A model generated the notes under the pieces. It was not told the DNA's origin. It did not search any database and saw only the letters and a program-made list of their open reading frames with translations. A program made the translations under genes and the position numbers. Shown here one piece after another: positions 13,185 to 25,791 of a stretch of DNA of 64,000 bases (position 1 is the stretch's first letter; each line of letters opens with the position of its first letter). This DNA is from a virus. Taxonomy: Duplodnaviria; Caudoviricetes. The stretch lies in the IMG/VR virus record IMGVR_UViG_3300028914_000062, positions 70,924 to 134,923 of that record; one strand, 5' to 3'.

Positions 13185-13845
13185 TTCCCGATGAAGAGCA
13201 CATCTTCATACCAAAAGTATGTGTGTGCCCAATCAACGCTCGGTTGTTATATACATTTTGTTTTGTACCTAATAGACTATAAAGCTCTCGATTATACTGG
13301 AGATATCCAGAACCATCAAGATATAATCCATTAAACAAAGCCAAAACGCATTTGCTTAAAACTTCCTCACGATTTTTATAATTAACCAAAGACTACAAAT
13401 GATCGGGAGTTAAATCATTGGGATTAATATTTGTATTTTCTCCAGTTGCGTCTCCCAATATAACGGCAATTTTGGAGTGAGTTACAGTTTCTGCCGCAAC
13501 TTCAACTATACTCTCGTTAGTACCTCTAGGAATAATATCCTTAATAAACAAATGAAGGTGTGCACATTCCACCGTCCACCCATCGTTCATGAATGGTGCC
13601 AAGAACACTCTCTTAGAATCTTCCTTACCATCTACAATATCCAACAGGCTAACTTTCTGTTCATAGGTTAACGAGGGTTTTAAAAGACAGTCTACACTAT
13701 TATAGTATAAGACTTTCCATAACAAATCTGCGTATTTCGAGTCGCTGTGTAATAACACATAAACAAGCTTCCAAGTTATGGAGTCAAGGTTCGCAAAACG
13801 GTTCATATCGTTATACGAACTATATTGAAATATATCTTGTGCCAT
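13165..13845 (-). CDS. Putative neck/tail terminator protein (code 15)
   Basis: Fragments joined at TAG 13393; synteny. Confidence 0.6.
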
Positions 13846-13846
13846 A

Positions 13847-14980
13847 TCACAGCCCCCTCATATTCAAATCAAACTCAAGAATAATATCCTCTCCAGTGGG
13901 GCTATCCTGCGCCGCCACATACGACTTTACATGCAACGGGCCACCACCGTAAAATTGTACTTTCTTAATACAGAATTGAGCTTCTGTATCTCCAAAGTTA
14001 TAAGTTACATATTTACTAATACTGGTCGTTCCTTCCAAAGTAATCTCTGTATGCACCGGCAAAGATACTATTGTATCACCATGATATACGGCTACTTCAA
14101 AATTGATCTCAGTATTAGTGGGCAGCGGATTTGGGATAAATTCAGGAGATATTATTTTTAATGAATAACCATCATCAGCATTATCGGTTACTTGTACTGT
14201 TTCTTTATTGTTAAAAGCAATGCGGTGCTCGAAATCATCTTCAGCCGCAACATTAACAACCTCAAAATATAGTAAAATCGTACCGATGTTTCTGCTATTA
14301 AGAGTTGTACGACTCTGCGTTTTGTTCATAGCAGTTATCCTATAAACCTAATCATAACCCACAACAAAACGTTGATTCACATAATATTGATCAGTATATT
14401 TATTAAACTGAACAATACCATAAATCTCACTTTGTGGCAAGACACCATATTTCGAATAAAACAGATCAACCGTTTTGTTTTCTCGGGTAAATATAATAGG
14501 CTCATAATGATACGAGGAAATACCCTGCGAATCGGTAATAATACTGCCCAGTGTATTATTACAACGCACACAAGTCAAACTAGAAGTCATGTCGCCAGAA
14601 TTGCGATTAGACGCAATCCAAACATCTCTTTCCAATTCGGCTGGGGCATTCCCAACATCATCATCGAAGCGCCAATGGCTTCCAATAGGATAATGACTGG
14701 TAATATTTCTAAATACCAGTTTACGCCAGTCATCACTTATAACAGTATTATTAGTGTCTGGCTTTACAGTTTGCGCAATAACTTCCATTGGAATATATTG
14801 CTGTTCGCCCCATACATTTTCGTATTCAACGTCAATGCGATTAGGGGCTCTGCACCAGTCTCTGTCTACCTTCTGTTGCAACTCTTTAATCCAATAGTTA
14901 TTCGGATCATAATTCTTCGGAGTCTAAGTAAGGAGGACATAGTCCGGGGGTAAGTTCGCAGAATTATATACTCTTCCCAT
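13847..14980 (-). CDS. Putative head closure/neck protein (377 aa, code 15)
   Basis: ATG 14980; joined across TAGs at ~14924 and 14348; synteny. Confidence 0.6.
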
Positions 14981-14992
14981 AATCGTGCCCCC

Positions 14993-15358
14993 TTATTCTA
15001 AGGATTTACGAATGTGGTCGATAATTCCACGAGCCTCGAAAATTTGTTTCTTTATTATATTAAAAGGTGTATCCAAATAACTGGAATACACACCATTTAA
15101 CTTTATGACAACTTTAATAAGTTGATGATCAAAAAGGGCGTCGGAATTATTGAGCTCAAATAACAAGCCGGCAATGTATGATTTAGCGTCTCCAGGGGTC
15201 TTCTCTTGCTCAATAAGATATAAGATCTTTATCAATTCATTATATACCTTGTCAAGATAGACTTTTTTACCTTCTTTGGACAAAACCAATCTACATGCAC
15301 CAGACTCTTGTAACTGAGACACTGCCGATACATTTTCGTTATCAAACATTTCCGCCAA
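14993..15358 (-). CDS. Hypothetical structural-module protein (121 aa)
   Basis: Intact ORF ending TAA. Confidence 0.6.
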   Translation of the reverse strand: MAEMFDNENVSAVSQLQESGACRLVLSKEGKKVYLDKVYNELIKILYLIEQEKTPGDAKSYIAGLLFELNNSDALFDHQLIKVVIKLNGVYSSYLDTPFNIIKKQIFEARGIIDHIRKSLE

Positions 15359-16049
15359 AGCGATACCCCCTTTGATAGTTTGTGCTTACGTCCCACGATA
15401 AACTACAGGTGAGTTCATCAACTTCCCATTTCAGGTTATTGTACCATTCAACCTTAGAAGTGGTTGTGCTACCAGGGGAGTGCAAATTAAAATCAGTATC
15501 ATTTAACAGATTACGAATTTCAAGAATAAAATTCTTATTGCGCTCGGCCCAAGCAAGCAAAGTACAATGTGCCAAAATATCTACAACTCGTTCCTGAATC
15601 GCACTAAGATTCAAATTACGAGAAGCCTTACCAGTTACATCCTGCGTAAATGCACCAGGATAGTACCATTCAAAGGAACATTCAGTGCCAGCGGGAACAG
15701 GCTGGGAAAAAGTAACAGTATGCGTATCAGGATCGTACTATGCAGTAGGATCGGGCACGCCTGCTATTTTAAAAGACATAAGACTATTATCATCTGGTAC
15801 GGTGGTTACAGCATATTCCGAAACACCAGTACCATCTATAACCTCTGTCTCTCCAGTTGCCGCAGAATAAACGCTTAACTGGTCAGACAAAATTGTGGGG
15901 TTCGAAAAACGGCCCTTACCATTGATAAGGTAGGGGCGCATAATTTTCGCAAATTTAGCGGGATCATTAAAATACGCTAAAGATATATCGGGATCGTCAA
16001 ATAATCCTATAGCCCTTGAAAATATATCAGAGAAAGCTATAGTTCCCAT
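15342..16049 (-). CDS. Putative head-tail adaptor (235 aa, code 15)
   Basis: Fragments joined at TAG 15738; synteny downstream of capsid; DFNLHSP motif. Confidence 0.6.
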
Positions 16050-16068
16050 TTATAGATCTTCCTTTCGT

Positions 16069-16761
16069 TTATCTACGCGCAAGAGTCTGAAGTTCAGCGG
16101 CAAACCCACCGTTAGTGAGTCTGTTCATAACTTCAATTTTGCGAATATCTTTGAACGCGGGATCGTTAGCAACAATACGCTGCTTAAAATATTCTGCTAT
16201 GGATTGTTTAAGAGACAATTCAACTTGATTATAAATTTCTTCAAGCTCTGTCATCGATATATGACCAAGCTCAGCAAACAAATTGTAATTAAGATGATAG
16301 TCACGAGCACACTTCAGCTTCTTTCTACGAGCATAATACTCGCAATTGTCGCCTACTGCAAGAACACCTTCTTCAAATAACGAACGATATTTACCAGCAA
16401 GTTCATCAAATTGCTGGGGAGTAAGAGTAAACTCTTCTCCAAAAGCGGTCATAACCAGATCCAGGTTCGAAAGGTGAATGTAAGTCGACAGTCCAGCTGC
16501 TCTCTTCACAAGATGCACAACAGTAACATCTGCGGGAACATCTTTTTCTTTTGAAGTAGTGGGAGCCGGTTCTGTTTTACCCGTCTTCAGCATCGCCATA
16601 ATCTGAGCAATTTGCTCACTCTACTCCTGAAGCTGGTCTTTGAGCATTTTATTTTCTTTCTTGAGATTTTTTACCTCAGTATCATTTTCTATAGGTGTGG
16701 TTTCTTCTCGGGCTATCTCTTCCTCACTAGAAACCGCAGAATTTTTCTTTACATTAGCCAT
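16069..16761 (-). CDS. Conserved-type head module protein (230 aa, code 15)
   Basis: ATG 16761 with AAGGA RBS; one TAG at 16621. Confidence 0.65.
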
Positions 16762-16789
16762 TTTATCCTTTTCCTTTCCTTTCATTCAA

Positions 16790-16820
16790 TCGAGAGGGGT
16801 CCATAAAGGACCCCTCTCAT
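16790..16820 (-). terminator. Terminator after major capsid gene
   Basis: GAGAGGGGTCC/GGACCCCTCTC stem. Confidence 0.65.
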
Positions 16821-16837
16821 TAATTAAAATTTATCGA

Positions 16838-17935
16838 TTAGCCACCGATAGTGAGGGTACCGAATTTCGAACCAACTATGGCCGAAATACCGACCTTCAT
16901 CTTGATGGAGATGCCGTAGGTACGGTCATTGGTCTCTTCGGGGATGTTCTCGATGGTTACCGAGTCGCCTTCGAAGACAACCTTGACAGGACGATACGAA
17001 TCAGCAGCTATGAAGTAAATCTTGTTGTCAGCTATCGAGAGGGTAGCCGAGGTGTTGGTGGTACCAGGAACAAGTACGTTATCAACAGGGATAAGAGGAG
17101 TGTTGAGGTACTTATCGAGGAAGCCTTCCTTAGCTATCTCGGAGCCAAGACCATACTGGAGACCCTGGACAGTCGGGTAGACGTTGCCAAGAGCACCAAG
17201 GGTGCCTATCGCATAGACAGCGGCGCCGCCATTGGCAGCACGAACTCTCTCACGAAGAGCGGTCCAGTTGGCGTTGCTGAGACCAGAAGCAGAATAACCA
17301 GCGCCGACTTCAGAGACAGCAGAGGTCATCGCGGCAATTATCTTAAGGAAGATGTAGCCTTCGAACGAACGGCCAGCTCTAAGAGCGAAATCGCCCCAGT
17401 CAAACACGCCAGCAGCAACAGGATACCAGTCGACAGAAGTGGCTATCTCGATGGTACCGCAGTTGACGGTATACTCATCATCGTAAATGGGCTGGAGGAC
17501 ACCACGATTGATACCTTCGGCAACCTCATTAACTTTGAAGAGCTCATTGGACTTTACTATGAAACGAGCAGTGTCGCCCCAGCCAACCTGGACGACTTCA
17601 GCAAGGAACTCCGCATATCTCGCCGAGGTGACCTCGGGAGCAACGGCGTTGATTATCTGAGCTATAACAGCGTTGAAGTTCTCACGGACAGCCTGAGATC
17701 TGACTACCATGGGATTCTTGAAGAGTGCGGCGCCCTGGGTCTCAAACATAGACTCATAACGGGTGTCGGCGACCGAGAATTTAACGACAGCTTCGTTTAT
17801 TTCTCTCATCTTGTCGGCATAATCGGGAACGACGATGCCCTTTCTCTTATCGCGAGCGGCGATAATGACGGAATCAACGATGGCGTTGAAGCCTTCATCG
17901 TTGGATCTTTTATATTCAAACGATTCCATAATCAT
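16838..17935 (-). CDS. Major capsid protein (365 aa)
   Basis: Size, strong codon bias, synteny after protease and decoration genes, SPbeta-like order; no TAG. Confidence 0.8.
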   Translation of the reverse strand: MIMESFEYKRSNDEGFNAIVDSVIIAARDKRKGIVVPDYADKMREINEAVVKFSVADTRYESMFETQGAALFKNPMVVRSQAVRENFNAVIAQIINAVAPEVTSARYAEFLAEVVQVGWGDTARFIVKSNELFKVNEVAEGINRGVLQPIYDDEYTVNCGTIEIATSVDWYPVAAGVFDWGDFALRAGRSFEGYIFLKIIAAMTSAVSEVGAGYSASGLSNANWTALRERVRAANGGAAVYAIGTLGALGNVYPTVQGLQYGLGSEIAKEGFLDKYLNTPLIPVDNVLVPGTTNTSATLSIADNKIYFIAADSYRPVKVVFEGDSVTIENIPEETNDRTYGISIKMKVGISAIVGSKFGTLTIGG

Positions 17936-17960
17936 GTTCTCCTTTCTATATGTTTACCTA

Positions 17961-18515
17961 TTAAAGGCTTATAACTTCGCAGAGATAGATGTTGCCATTG
18001 CCCTTCTGGCCAGTGGTAAGACCTTTCTCAAGCTGAATTTTAACACCAAAGCCACCCGACGGAGCGGCGGCATTGGGAGTAAGAATGACATCACCAGCAG
18101 TGACGCCAGCATACTGACCAGCAACAGGAGTGCTAGCAAAGTTGTCTTCACCAAGCCAGAATTTATCGTGAACCTGAGGAATACGAACTCTGGTAACAGT
18201 ACCAGCAGGAACAGTCAGGTTAAAGAGCTTGTTGCCCATTTTGTAAACGTTACCAGCTATAGCGCCTTCAGAAATACCAGCATAGTCGACTATCGCGACA
18301 GGAGAGTTGGCGCCTTCGGGAGCTTCAGCATAATAAACGTTGTATTCCACATCACCATTGGCGGTATAAGTGGTATCGGTAACGAGGTTACCAAGAGTGA
18401 CAAAACCACCGTCAATAACGGGGGCGTTGGCATTATTGGCCTGGAAGAGCGCACCAACAAGGAGCGGGCGGACGGTTTCAGAAGCCATTATGCCTTTAGA
18501 AAAAAGATGTGCCAT
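17961..18515 (-). CDS. Capsid decoration/stabilising protein (184 aa)
   Basis: Gly/Ala/Val-rich, directly upstream of capsid gene; no TAG. Confidence 0.65.
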   Translation of the reverse strand: MAHLFSKGIMASETVRPLLVGALFQANNANAPVIDGGFVTLGNLVTDTTYTANGDVEYNVYYAEAPEGANSPVAIVDYAGISEGAIAGNVYKMGNKLFNLTVPAGTVTRVRIPQVHDKFWLGEDNFASTPVAGQYAGVTAGDVILTPNAAAPSGGFGVKIQLEKGLTTGQKGNGNIYLCEVISL

Positions 18516-18536
18516 ATTAATTACTCCTTTTCAAAT

Positions 18537-20507
18537 TTAATTGTTTTTACCAAGATATTCTCTTAAAGACTCTTGGCTAGACTTTTTAGTTTTTGTAGAT
18601 TTCTTTTCAGTGTTAAAGCTCTCAAACTGAGGCAGAGCAGAAAAAACCTCTTTCGAGGGTTCATCTTTGTGATTGTACATAAAGATCTGTAGAGCAACCT
18701 CTTTACGGAGATCCTCAAAGGAGGCAAATTTGCCTTCTATACAATCTTTATAAATTTTGTCTTTTCCTTCGATAGAGAAATTCTCTCCATTGAGAAGGCG
18801 TTTGGCTTCCTGAAGTCTCTTTTCGCATTCCACTTTGAACATTGCCATCTTCAGTTCATCACATCTAGCAGCAAGAGCATCGTAGTCTGCGCATTTCGCA
18901 GCCAATTCTTCTTTTTCTTTTGCCATTTGAGCAAGTTCTTCCTTGAGCTTGCCATTTTCCTCCATCAGCGCATTATGAGCGTTAAGGAGTTCCGTATAAG
19001 CGTCTTCGGGCTTCGACTCATCGTCTTCGTCCTCGTCTTTGTCGTCCTCGTCTGCTTTTTCATCATCGCCAGCATCTTTCTTGTCATCGTCATAAGCTTC
19101 TTCAGATTTCTCCGCCGTTTCAGCTTCGCACTCGGAGCATTCGCAACCATCGCCGTGCTCATCATCATCATCGGAACTCATCTGTTTCTTGGCCATGCAC
19201 TCTTCACAAGTACAATCCTCACCATGCTCATAAGCAGCTTCGGGCTCTTCTTTGCCTTCTTCGGGGCACTCATTCATAACAGTGTCAGCTTCCTGCTCAG
19301 TAGCAAAAGTCTCTTCCTGCTGCTCTGCAGCATAGGCTTCTTCGGGCTTTTCCTCTTCGCATTTTTCCTCGCACTCTTTGCCGAGTTCCTCGCAGGGGCA
19401 TCCGTACATATCGGCGCAATCTTCGCATTCCGTAAATCCACATTCATGTTCAACATCAATGTCAAGATCTTTGTAAATGGTCATGATCTTACCGATAATT
19501 TCGGATTCCTCGTTCTTCTTGGCATAGCCTAAAGCCGTCGACAGTGCTTCTCTATTATAAACAGCAGTATTTTCTTTTAACTGCATGACAGGATACTTAA
19601 GTGCGGTAACTTCTTTGTCTTTCCACCCATCTCTGAGATCAAGAAAGATATCTCCGGCTACCTCCTCATAGTTAGAAGCTTCTACGACTTTGCGTCGTAA
19701 CTCTGTCTTATCAACGTCACCCCAGGGGGTGTCGGATAATGCGTCTTTAGACTTGTCAACAAGAATCTTAAAGTCGAAAGTTTCTTGATTGTCCAAATCT
19801 GCACTTTCCTTTCTATTTATATTAACACGGTCCGCAGTCTGCTCGTCAAGCTTCTGATAAGCAAAACAGAGTGCTTCTCGTTGTTTGTTATAAATTGGGT
19901 CATCGTCTTTAATCTGCGCAAGTACGGAAAGATGCGCATTATTAATGCCCTCTTTTACCGGTTGCCCATTACGGCTACCCAGTATGGTTATACCAATGAG
20001 GTTGAATTTATCTATATGTTTAATACCGTGATCATCCATATGATATTCAAGGACATCTACCTCAACGGAAACCTTTTTATGTTTATCTTTAAGTAAGCGT
20101 TTAATCTGACGGAATCCATACTGGGTCCAAAGCACACAGCTTAAATGAATCCAATGTTTTCCATCCTTCTCAACCACTTCAAGAGTATCGCTTTCGCGAA
20201 TAACACCAAGGGGGCGTTCACCACCCTCAGTATCCCAAAACTCTACTCCGGTCTCTCTATCTTTTACCCATTTACCCTTATGAGATTCAAAATCGTTCTA
20301 AGAAGTAAAGAATCCGACAACAGGCTTAGAAATAAAAGAGGACAGACTGTTATGAAGAGACTCGATAGTAAAATGACTACCATTATTATTGGGATTTTCA
20401 TCGCTAATTGGATACATATCAATGGCCAAGAAATCTTTTTTAATCACATCTTTAAAGGAAAGCTACTCGGCATTCACTTCAAAGACTAAGCGTTCATTCT
20501 CAATCAC
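18537..20507 (-). CDS. Prohead protease/scaffold fusion (656 aa, code 15)
   Basis: GTG 20507 with AGGAG RBS; N-terminus NxNGSxF...KPVVG..DFxSH...LWTQY...VSVEV...GITILG; acidic coiled-coil C-terminus; 2 TAGs. Confidence 0.75.
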
Positions 20508-21202
20508 TTCTGTTCCTCTCCTTTCTTGACTTTGTTATCACCAGAAATAGCTAATGCTGCGCCGATTCTTTCGGCAGTAACAGCGGCTTGAATTTTTACA
20601 CCGTCTCTATTCTCAATATTTTCATGAGCAAACTCGACACATAAGAATCCAAGACAAAACCCATCTACTTGATCGTAGATACCGCGAACATAAATCGCCC
20701 TGGTCCCCCGCTGATTAAACATATAATACGAAACAGGATCTTCGGCTTTGATGGATTCTATATCATCAATCTCATAATTTTTATGCTGAGATAGTTTATC
20801 CTAAAGTAATGGATATGATTGACGGGGCATGTTTTGCTCAAACTGCATTACCGGCGCCACTGTCATATCAATAGACTCGTGTGTCGCACTCATCTTTTGA
20901 AAGCTTTTACCATTAACAGTATAATAACCATTGTGATATAAAAACACAAGTACTCTGTTTGCATGAGAAAATTCCCTCAATGTATTGATCTGAATGTTTA
21001 TAAAAGTATTCGCTTCGCTACCCTTTTTTTCGTTTTCTTGAATTTCCTTTTTAAATTCAGGAGAACGGGGTTGTTTGGTTTCTGGAAGACGTTTGACTAA
21101 TTTGCTTAATTGTTTAAACTATGTTAAAACGATGACAATTAGCGCCGCCATTAAAACCGGATAAACGCCGTGCTCGATAATTAATGTCAAAATCTCTTCC
21201 AT
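20504..21202 (-). CDS. Membrane-anchored GAF-like protein, T4 holin T-like architecture (232 aa, code 15)
   Basis: ATG 21202 with AAGGAG RBS; N-terminal TM; RVLVFLYHNG...FQKMSATHE; LGFLCVEF; 2 TAGs. Confidence 0.55.
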
Positions 21203-21216
21203 ACCAGTCACGCTCC

Positions 21217-21714
21217 TTATACCACAGGAATAAAGTGCGTATACTGACGAATATGAAAGTTCATCTGATCCGCTGCAACTTTTTTCGAGGCTTCCAGCCA
21301 CTCATAAGCCTGTTTAACATAAAGTCTTACGGTATTAGTTACAAAATCCTCCAAGAAGATTTTGGCTTCGACATCTCCATTAATATCAGCAATATCAATA
21401 GCCTCGTAACAGAGTTTCTGGAAACTTTCAATCATATGCAAATTATCTGCGAATATTCCCTCAAGAGAATCATAATTTTCTGCAAAGCCATCAAGAGGCA
21501 GTCTTATTGGACGATCGTTCTTAGACAGCAAGAAGTCAGAAAGTAGATCTGCCCACGCCGGGAATATATGGGCATAACTGTGATGATATAAATCTTCAAT
21601 CTCATTAAAATAATGATATCCAAGATTGTATGCCAAATTATCTGCCTCTGCATTCATATTAAAGCATTCACGCAGAAGTTGACACATTTTATTATAAGTT
21701 ACTTCTGTTAACAC
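21217..21714 (-). CDS. Ferritin/Dps-like protein (165 aa)
   Basis: Four-helix pattern with E/H ligands (EADNLAY..HHSYAH..WADLLSDFL..RP..IDIAD..AKIFLEDF). Confidence 0.6.
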   Translation of the reverse strand: MLTEVTYNKMCQLLRECFNMNAEADNLAYNLGYHYFNEIEDLYHHSYAHIFPAWADLLSDFLLSKNDRPIRLPLDGFAENYDSLEGIFADNLHMIESFQKLCYEAIDIADINGDVEAKIFLEDFVTNTVRLYVKQAYEWLEASKKVAADQMNFHIRQYTHFIPVV

Positions 21715-21734
21715 AAAACTTCCCTCCTTCTCAA

Positions 21735-23513
21735 TTAAATCATTTTATTTTCAGAGACGTTGTTTCCGGCATCTATACTAGCTGCCGTAGCATCATTCTC
21801 CACATCGTTCTCATCCATCTTAGGACGACCAACGGGATTTTTCTCTTCGTCATTTGCGTCAACCAGGGCCACTTTTTCCAATTTATCATATATATCCATA
21901 GAATTAATATAAGCATCTATGGCTTCTGCGTCTCTCACAGTGAGATCTTCCGAAGAAAGCAGTTTTGGCATGAGGAATTTATCTCCGCTCATAACCGCCT
22001 CTTTCAAGAATTTCTTCTCATTTTCCATTGTATAAATTCCGCCCCAAATGCGGATTTTCCAATGGTATTTAAGACCCAGAAGTTTATTGATAATTGTATT
22101 TAAAGCGTCTTCAAATTGACGCGTGACAAAGTCGTATTGAGATTCGGCCAAGAGTTGTGCACCCTTGACCTGTGCAATGGAGGGTTTGTCGGACGCAATT
22201 ATAATACCACCTTCACCAGATGTGGTGATAAAGTTTTTAATTGCGCTCGAAACCATATCGTTACTATTTACCGTATTCGGCAAAGACAATAATTGAATAT
22301 TCTTTAACGGAGCGAAGAACGCTTCGGTGTTTGTAGAAGTCATCGCATTAAATGCGTCCTGTAAGCCCTTAAGGATCTCAGGATTAATCTTTGTTTGAGT
22401 TTTACCAGGCATTGCATTATCAACATATTCCGCCTCACCAGTAAGAATGGCGGTAAGCGGAGTGCTTGCAATAAGACCTGCCAATGCTGAATAATCTGTA
22501 AGTTCTTGCAAATTCAAGAATAAAGATGCTGTATCCGGCACAACCCACACATGAGAGTTATCACTGCAGAAAGTATAACAGATCTCTTGCGGCAGCTGTA
22601 CCCAGAACATATAGGTACGATCCTTGGATTCCCAATTCGTTGCCATTTCTTTACCTTTATATGTAGATTTAAATTTCGTAGCAGCACTTGGAATAAACTT
22701 CATCGCCCCTTCAGAAGTCCTCGATATAACACCGGTTTCCAACATCTATTCCCAAACATTCTAGATATATTCAGAATATTGTTTGGGACTAAAGGCCGGG
22801 TTCATGAAGATCATCATATTAAAAGAAGCAATATATCCATGTTGACCAATACCGGTAAGTTTTACATATTGAGTAGGAAGCTTTTCAAGAGTTACATAAT
22901 GCACTTCATCATCGTTCATTGCATAACGTACAATATAAGTACTTTTGCCATCTCTTTTAACTTCCAGAGCTTTCTGTTTCAAAGTTCTAGCAACGCCCAA
23001 AACTTCAAGCCATTTATCAACAAGTGCGTCTTCTCTCTTAAATTCTTTGCTCTTATATTCCTCAGGCTCCAACAGTTCTGGTACTTTATAATATTTATAC
23101 GCCGGAATGTCACAAGCCTCGCGCAAAATCTTATAATAAAGATATTGAGTTGCAGAAAGCGCCCACGAAGAGCTCCTTAATGTTAACTCAGAAGATTGAG
23201 GGGCCTGAAGCGCCTTAACAATCTCTTCTTTGGATCGAGTCGCCGGCAAAGTATTAATCATCTTAAGTCGTTCATTTTGTAAGAATGGATTAAGACTATT
23301 TAACGTACCAAGCACAGGCAGCGCCACTTTCGAAGTGCCATCTGCATATTGACTCATCTACTGATAAATCTTTTCGTATCCTTCTTTTAAATCCGCAAGA
23401 GTTACTTTTTGATTCTCATTACTCATCTAAAGAGTATCGGAAGATTCATTCGCTATCGGTTCCTTCTTCTTCGGTCTCCCCCTCGACTTCTTCGTCTCCT
23501 TTTCCTTCTCCAT
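21735..23513 (-). CDS. Portal protein (592 aa, code 15)
   Basis: Between terminase and protease; joined across 3 TAGs; RGRPKK at N-terminus and GRPK near C-terminus. Confidence 0.8.
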
Positions 23514-23904
23514 CGGCTTCGGCTCCCCCTTTCTTTATAATGTTAGATGCGTTTTGGAGAATTGCAAGAACAGTATCGATTTTAGCTTTCATTTCTTGCA
23601 ATTTATCCTATTGTTCTTTTTCTATTTTTATGGTATCAATAGCGTTGTAGTAATCGTGTACCCATTGCCACTCGGAATCATAATCTTTGGGCTCCGGTCT
23701 CTCGATCTCCTGAATATAAAAATCTTTAATACCATATTTATTTAACTCTCGCGAAAGGCGAGATTTATTCACTTTTGGAAATAACGACTTAAAGAAAATA
23801 ACGTCGGCGCCACAATATAAATCACCGATTTCATTTAAGCCATCTACAACTTCATCTAGATTCTTAACTTTATTTATGTTAAAATGCACTTTACAGCAAA
23901 TCAC
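23446..23904 (-). CDS. Hypothetical protein (152 aa, code 15)
   Basis: Track ORF ends TAG 23608; read-through gives an acidic tail to TGA 23446. Confidence 0.55.
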
Positions 23905-23916
23905 TGAGCACCAACC

Positions 23917-25791
23917 TCACTTTCTTGAAAACGGATTTGTTCTATCTGCAAAAGGATTAACAATCTGCTTATGTTTGGGAGTTATGTTAAAAATATAATC
24001 ATAATCTGTATCGACAGTTGTGTCGCCATAGATTTCCTCATTACGAAGAGTCATAATGTGCCACGCAAACAGTGCTAAACAATAAGCGCGGTCATCGTGC
24101 ATTTTACGAATCACTGTATTAGGCAAGTGATACAATACCTAACCGGTATTCGCACTCTTTTCCTTTACGAAGTTAACAACCTCTTCTTTCATAAGGTCCA
24201 TTTCGACATAGGCAAATATTTCTTCTTGAGTTAATGTCGTAAGTTTTTCCTCAAGCTATAACTCGTGATTCTTTGGTAGGCAACAGGGGAAAATAATTAA
24301 ATCCTATTGCACCAATTCACATAACCAAGCAAACATTTGTTGACGCCACTTTTTCGGCTCAACCATATGGCAACAGTCCACAGCGTGAGGATATTTTTCC
24401 AATTGCCTCCCCGCATCCGGATCGGTTGAATCAATAACTCCTCTATGCAACTATCCATTATGATCAACCCAGTCTTCCCAGAGACGTTCACAATATGTGC
24501 GTCCACCTCCACCAGCACCAATATCAACCATAAGCTAACAATTCTAATATTCGGGATTATTACCATTATAGTTAACAATCATATCTCGAATGATCTATAA
24601 TTGCTCATTGGTCCTCAAGGGCTTTTTGGTCCCATCTGGTAAACGATCAATTAAGTTTTGGCCATTTACTATGCGGCCCATCCATCCCTTTTGTGGATCT
24701 CTATATACCTCTCCTACCAGTGCAAACGAATTATCCATCTGCGCCGCAGGGTCGAAACAAATAGCATAGTGTCTGGGAATAGAACGATCGGCGATCGGTC
24801 GATATTCAAATTCTGGCAGATAATCACGCTCATTACGAGTAATCTCATAACGCTTGATCATGGCATCAGTTCCGCCAGTTTTGTCGAAAATGTTGTAATA
24901 CTCCCTCATCGCTTTTGCCTCATTTTCTCTCATCGCCTGATCAATTTTATCCTACGTAAGCAACGGAGGATAAGCCTAACCATTAAGTGTCGGATGAAGA
25001 GGAATTTCACAGTTTATGTCTACACAGAAATAACCAGGAATTCCTTGTATCATCTTAATAGCACACTCTTTATAGCGCTAAAACAAAACAGTATTAACAT
25101 CTTCAGCAGAGGAAGAATATATCAACTGATTGGGGATATCTTTGGGTAAAATATCTGCGTTTAATCCGCTACCAGTTTTAAAATCTTTACTTTGAGTAGC
25201 AAAAGGTTCTGTTCTTGTAAAGAATTCGGGACCGATCGACCCCGCCTCATCATAAAAGTTTAAGTTAGAGCGTTCGCCCAATACAGTTTTTTCAGTACCC
25301 ACGATTGTTTTAATTACAGAGCCGTTAAATAACTAACATTCGTGTCCCTTCTAACCGTGAGTAAATCCATCGGAATTTGCGTTGCTTCTTATTAGCTCAT
25401 TGGCAAATACTTCAGTTGATCCGATAATTGAACTGATGTTTCGTTTCGCAATGTCTTCAAGCTTTTTAAAAGTCTCATTTGCCTGTTTCGCAGAAACAGA
25501 CAAAATACAAATCTTCATTTTGGGAAATAATAAAGCACGAGTCATCAGATACAATGCACCGTCAAAAGTTTTACCGGCGTTTCGGGACCAGAGCCAAACT
25601 GCATACTATGCAGTCCAACTGCCTTCAATTGTATATTTCTGATAATCCAGTAGCTAAATCTTGAATATTTTCTCAATAAACGCTACTGGATGCTTTCTGC
25701 CCCATAGAATTAGTTTATTATATCGATCCATCGCCTCGAGGCGTCGTAAGGAGATATTGTTATCGGTTAGATTACTATAAACAGAAATCAT
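23917..25791 (-). CDS. terL: Terminase large subunit (624 aa, code 15)
   Basis: Walker A SRNAGKT, Walker B NFYDEAG, nuclease CFDPA, VDIGAGGGG and HDDRAY; 11 in-frame TAGs counted. Confidence 0.92.

Noticed and set aside
16640-19532. Long plus-strand ORFs (444, 243 and 201 aa)
   Set aside because: Antisense shadows of the codon-biased capsid, decoration and scaffold genes; no RBS
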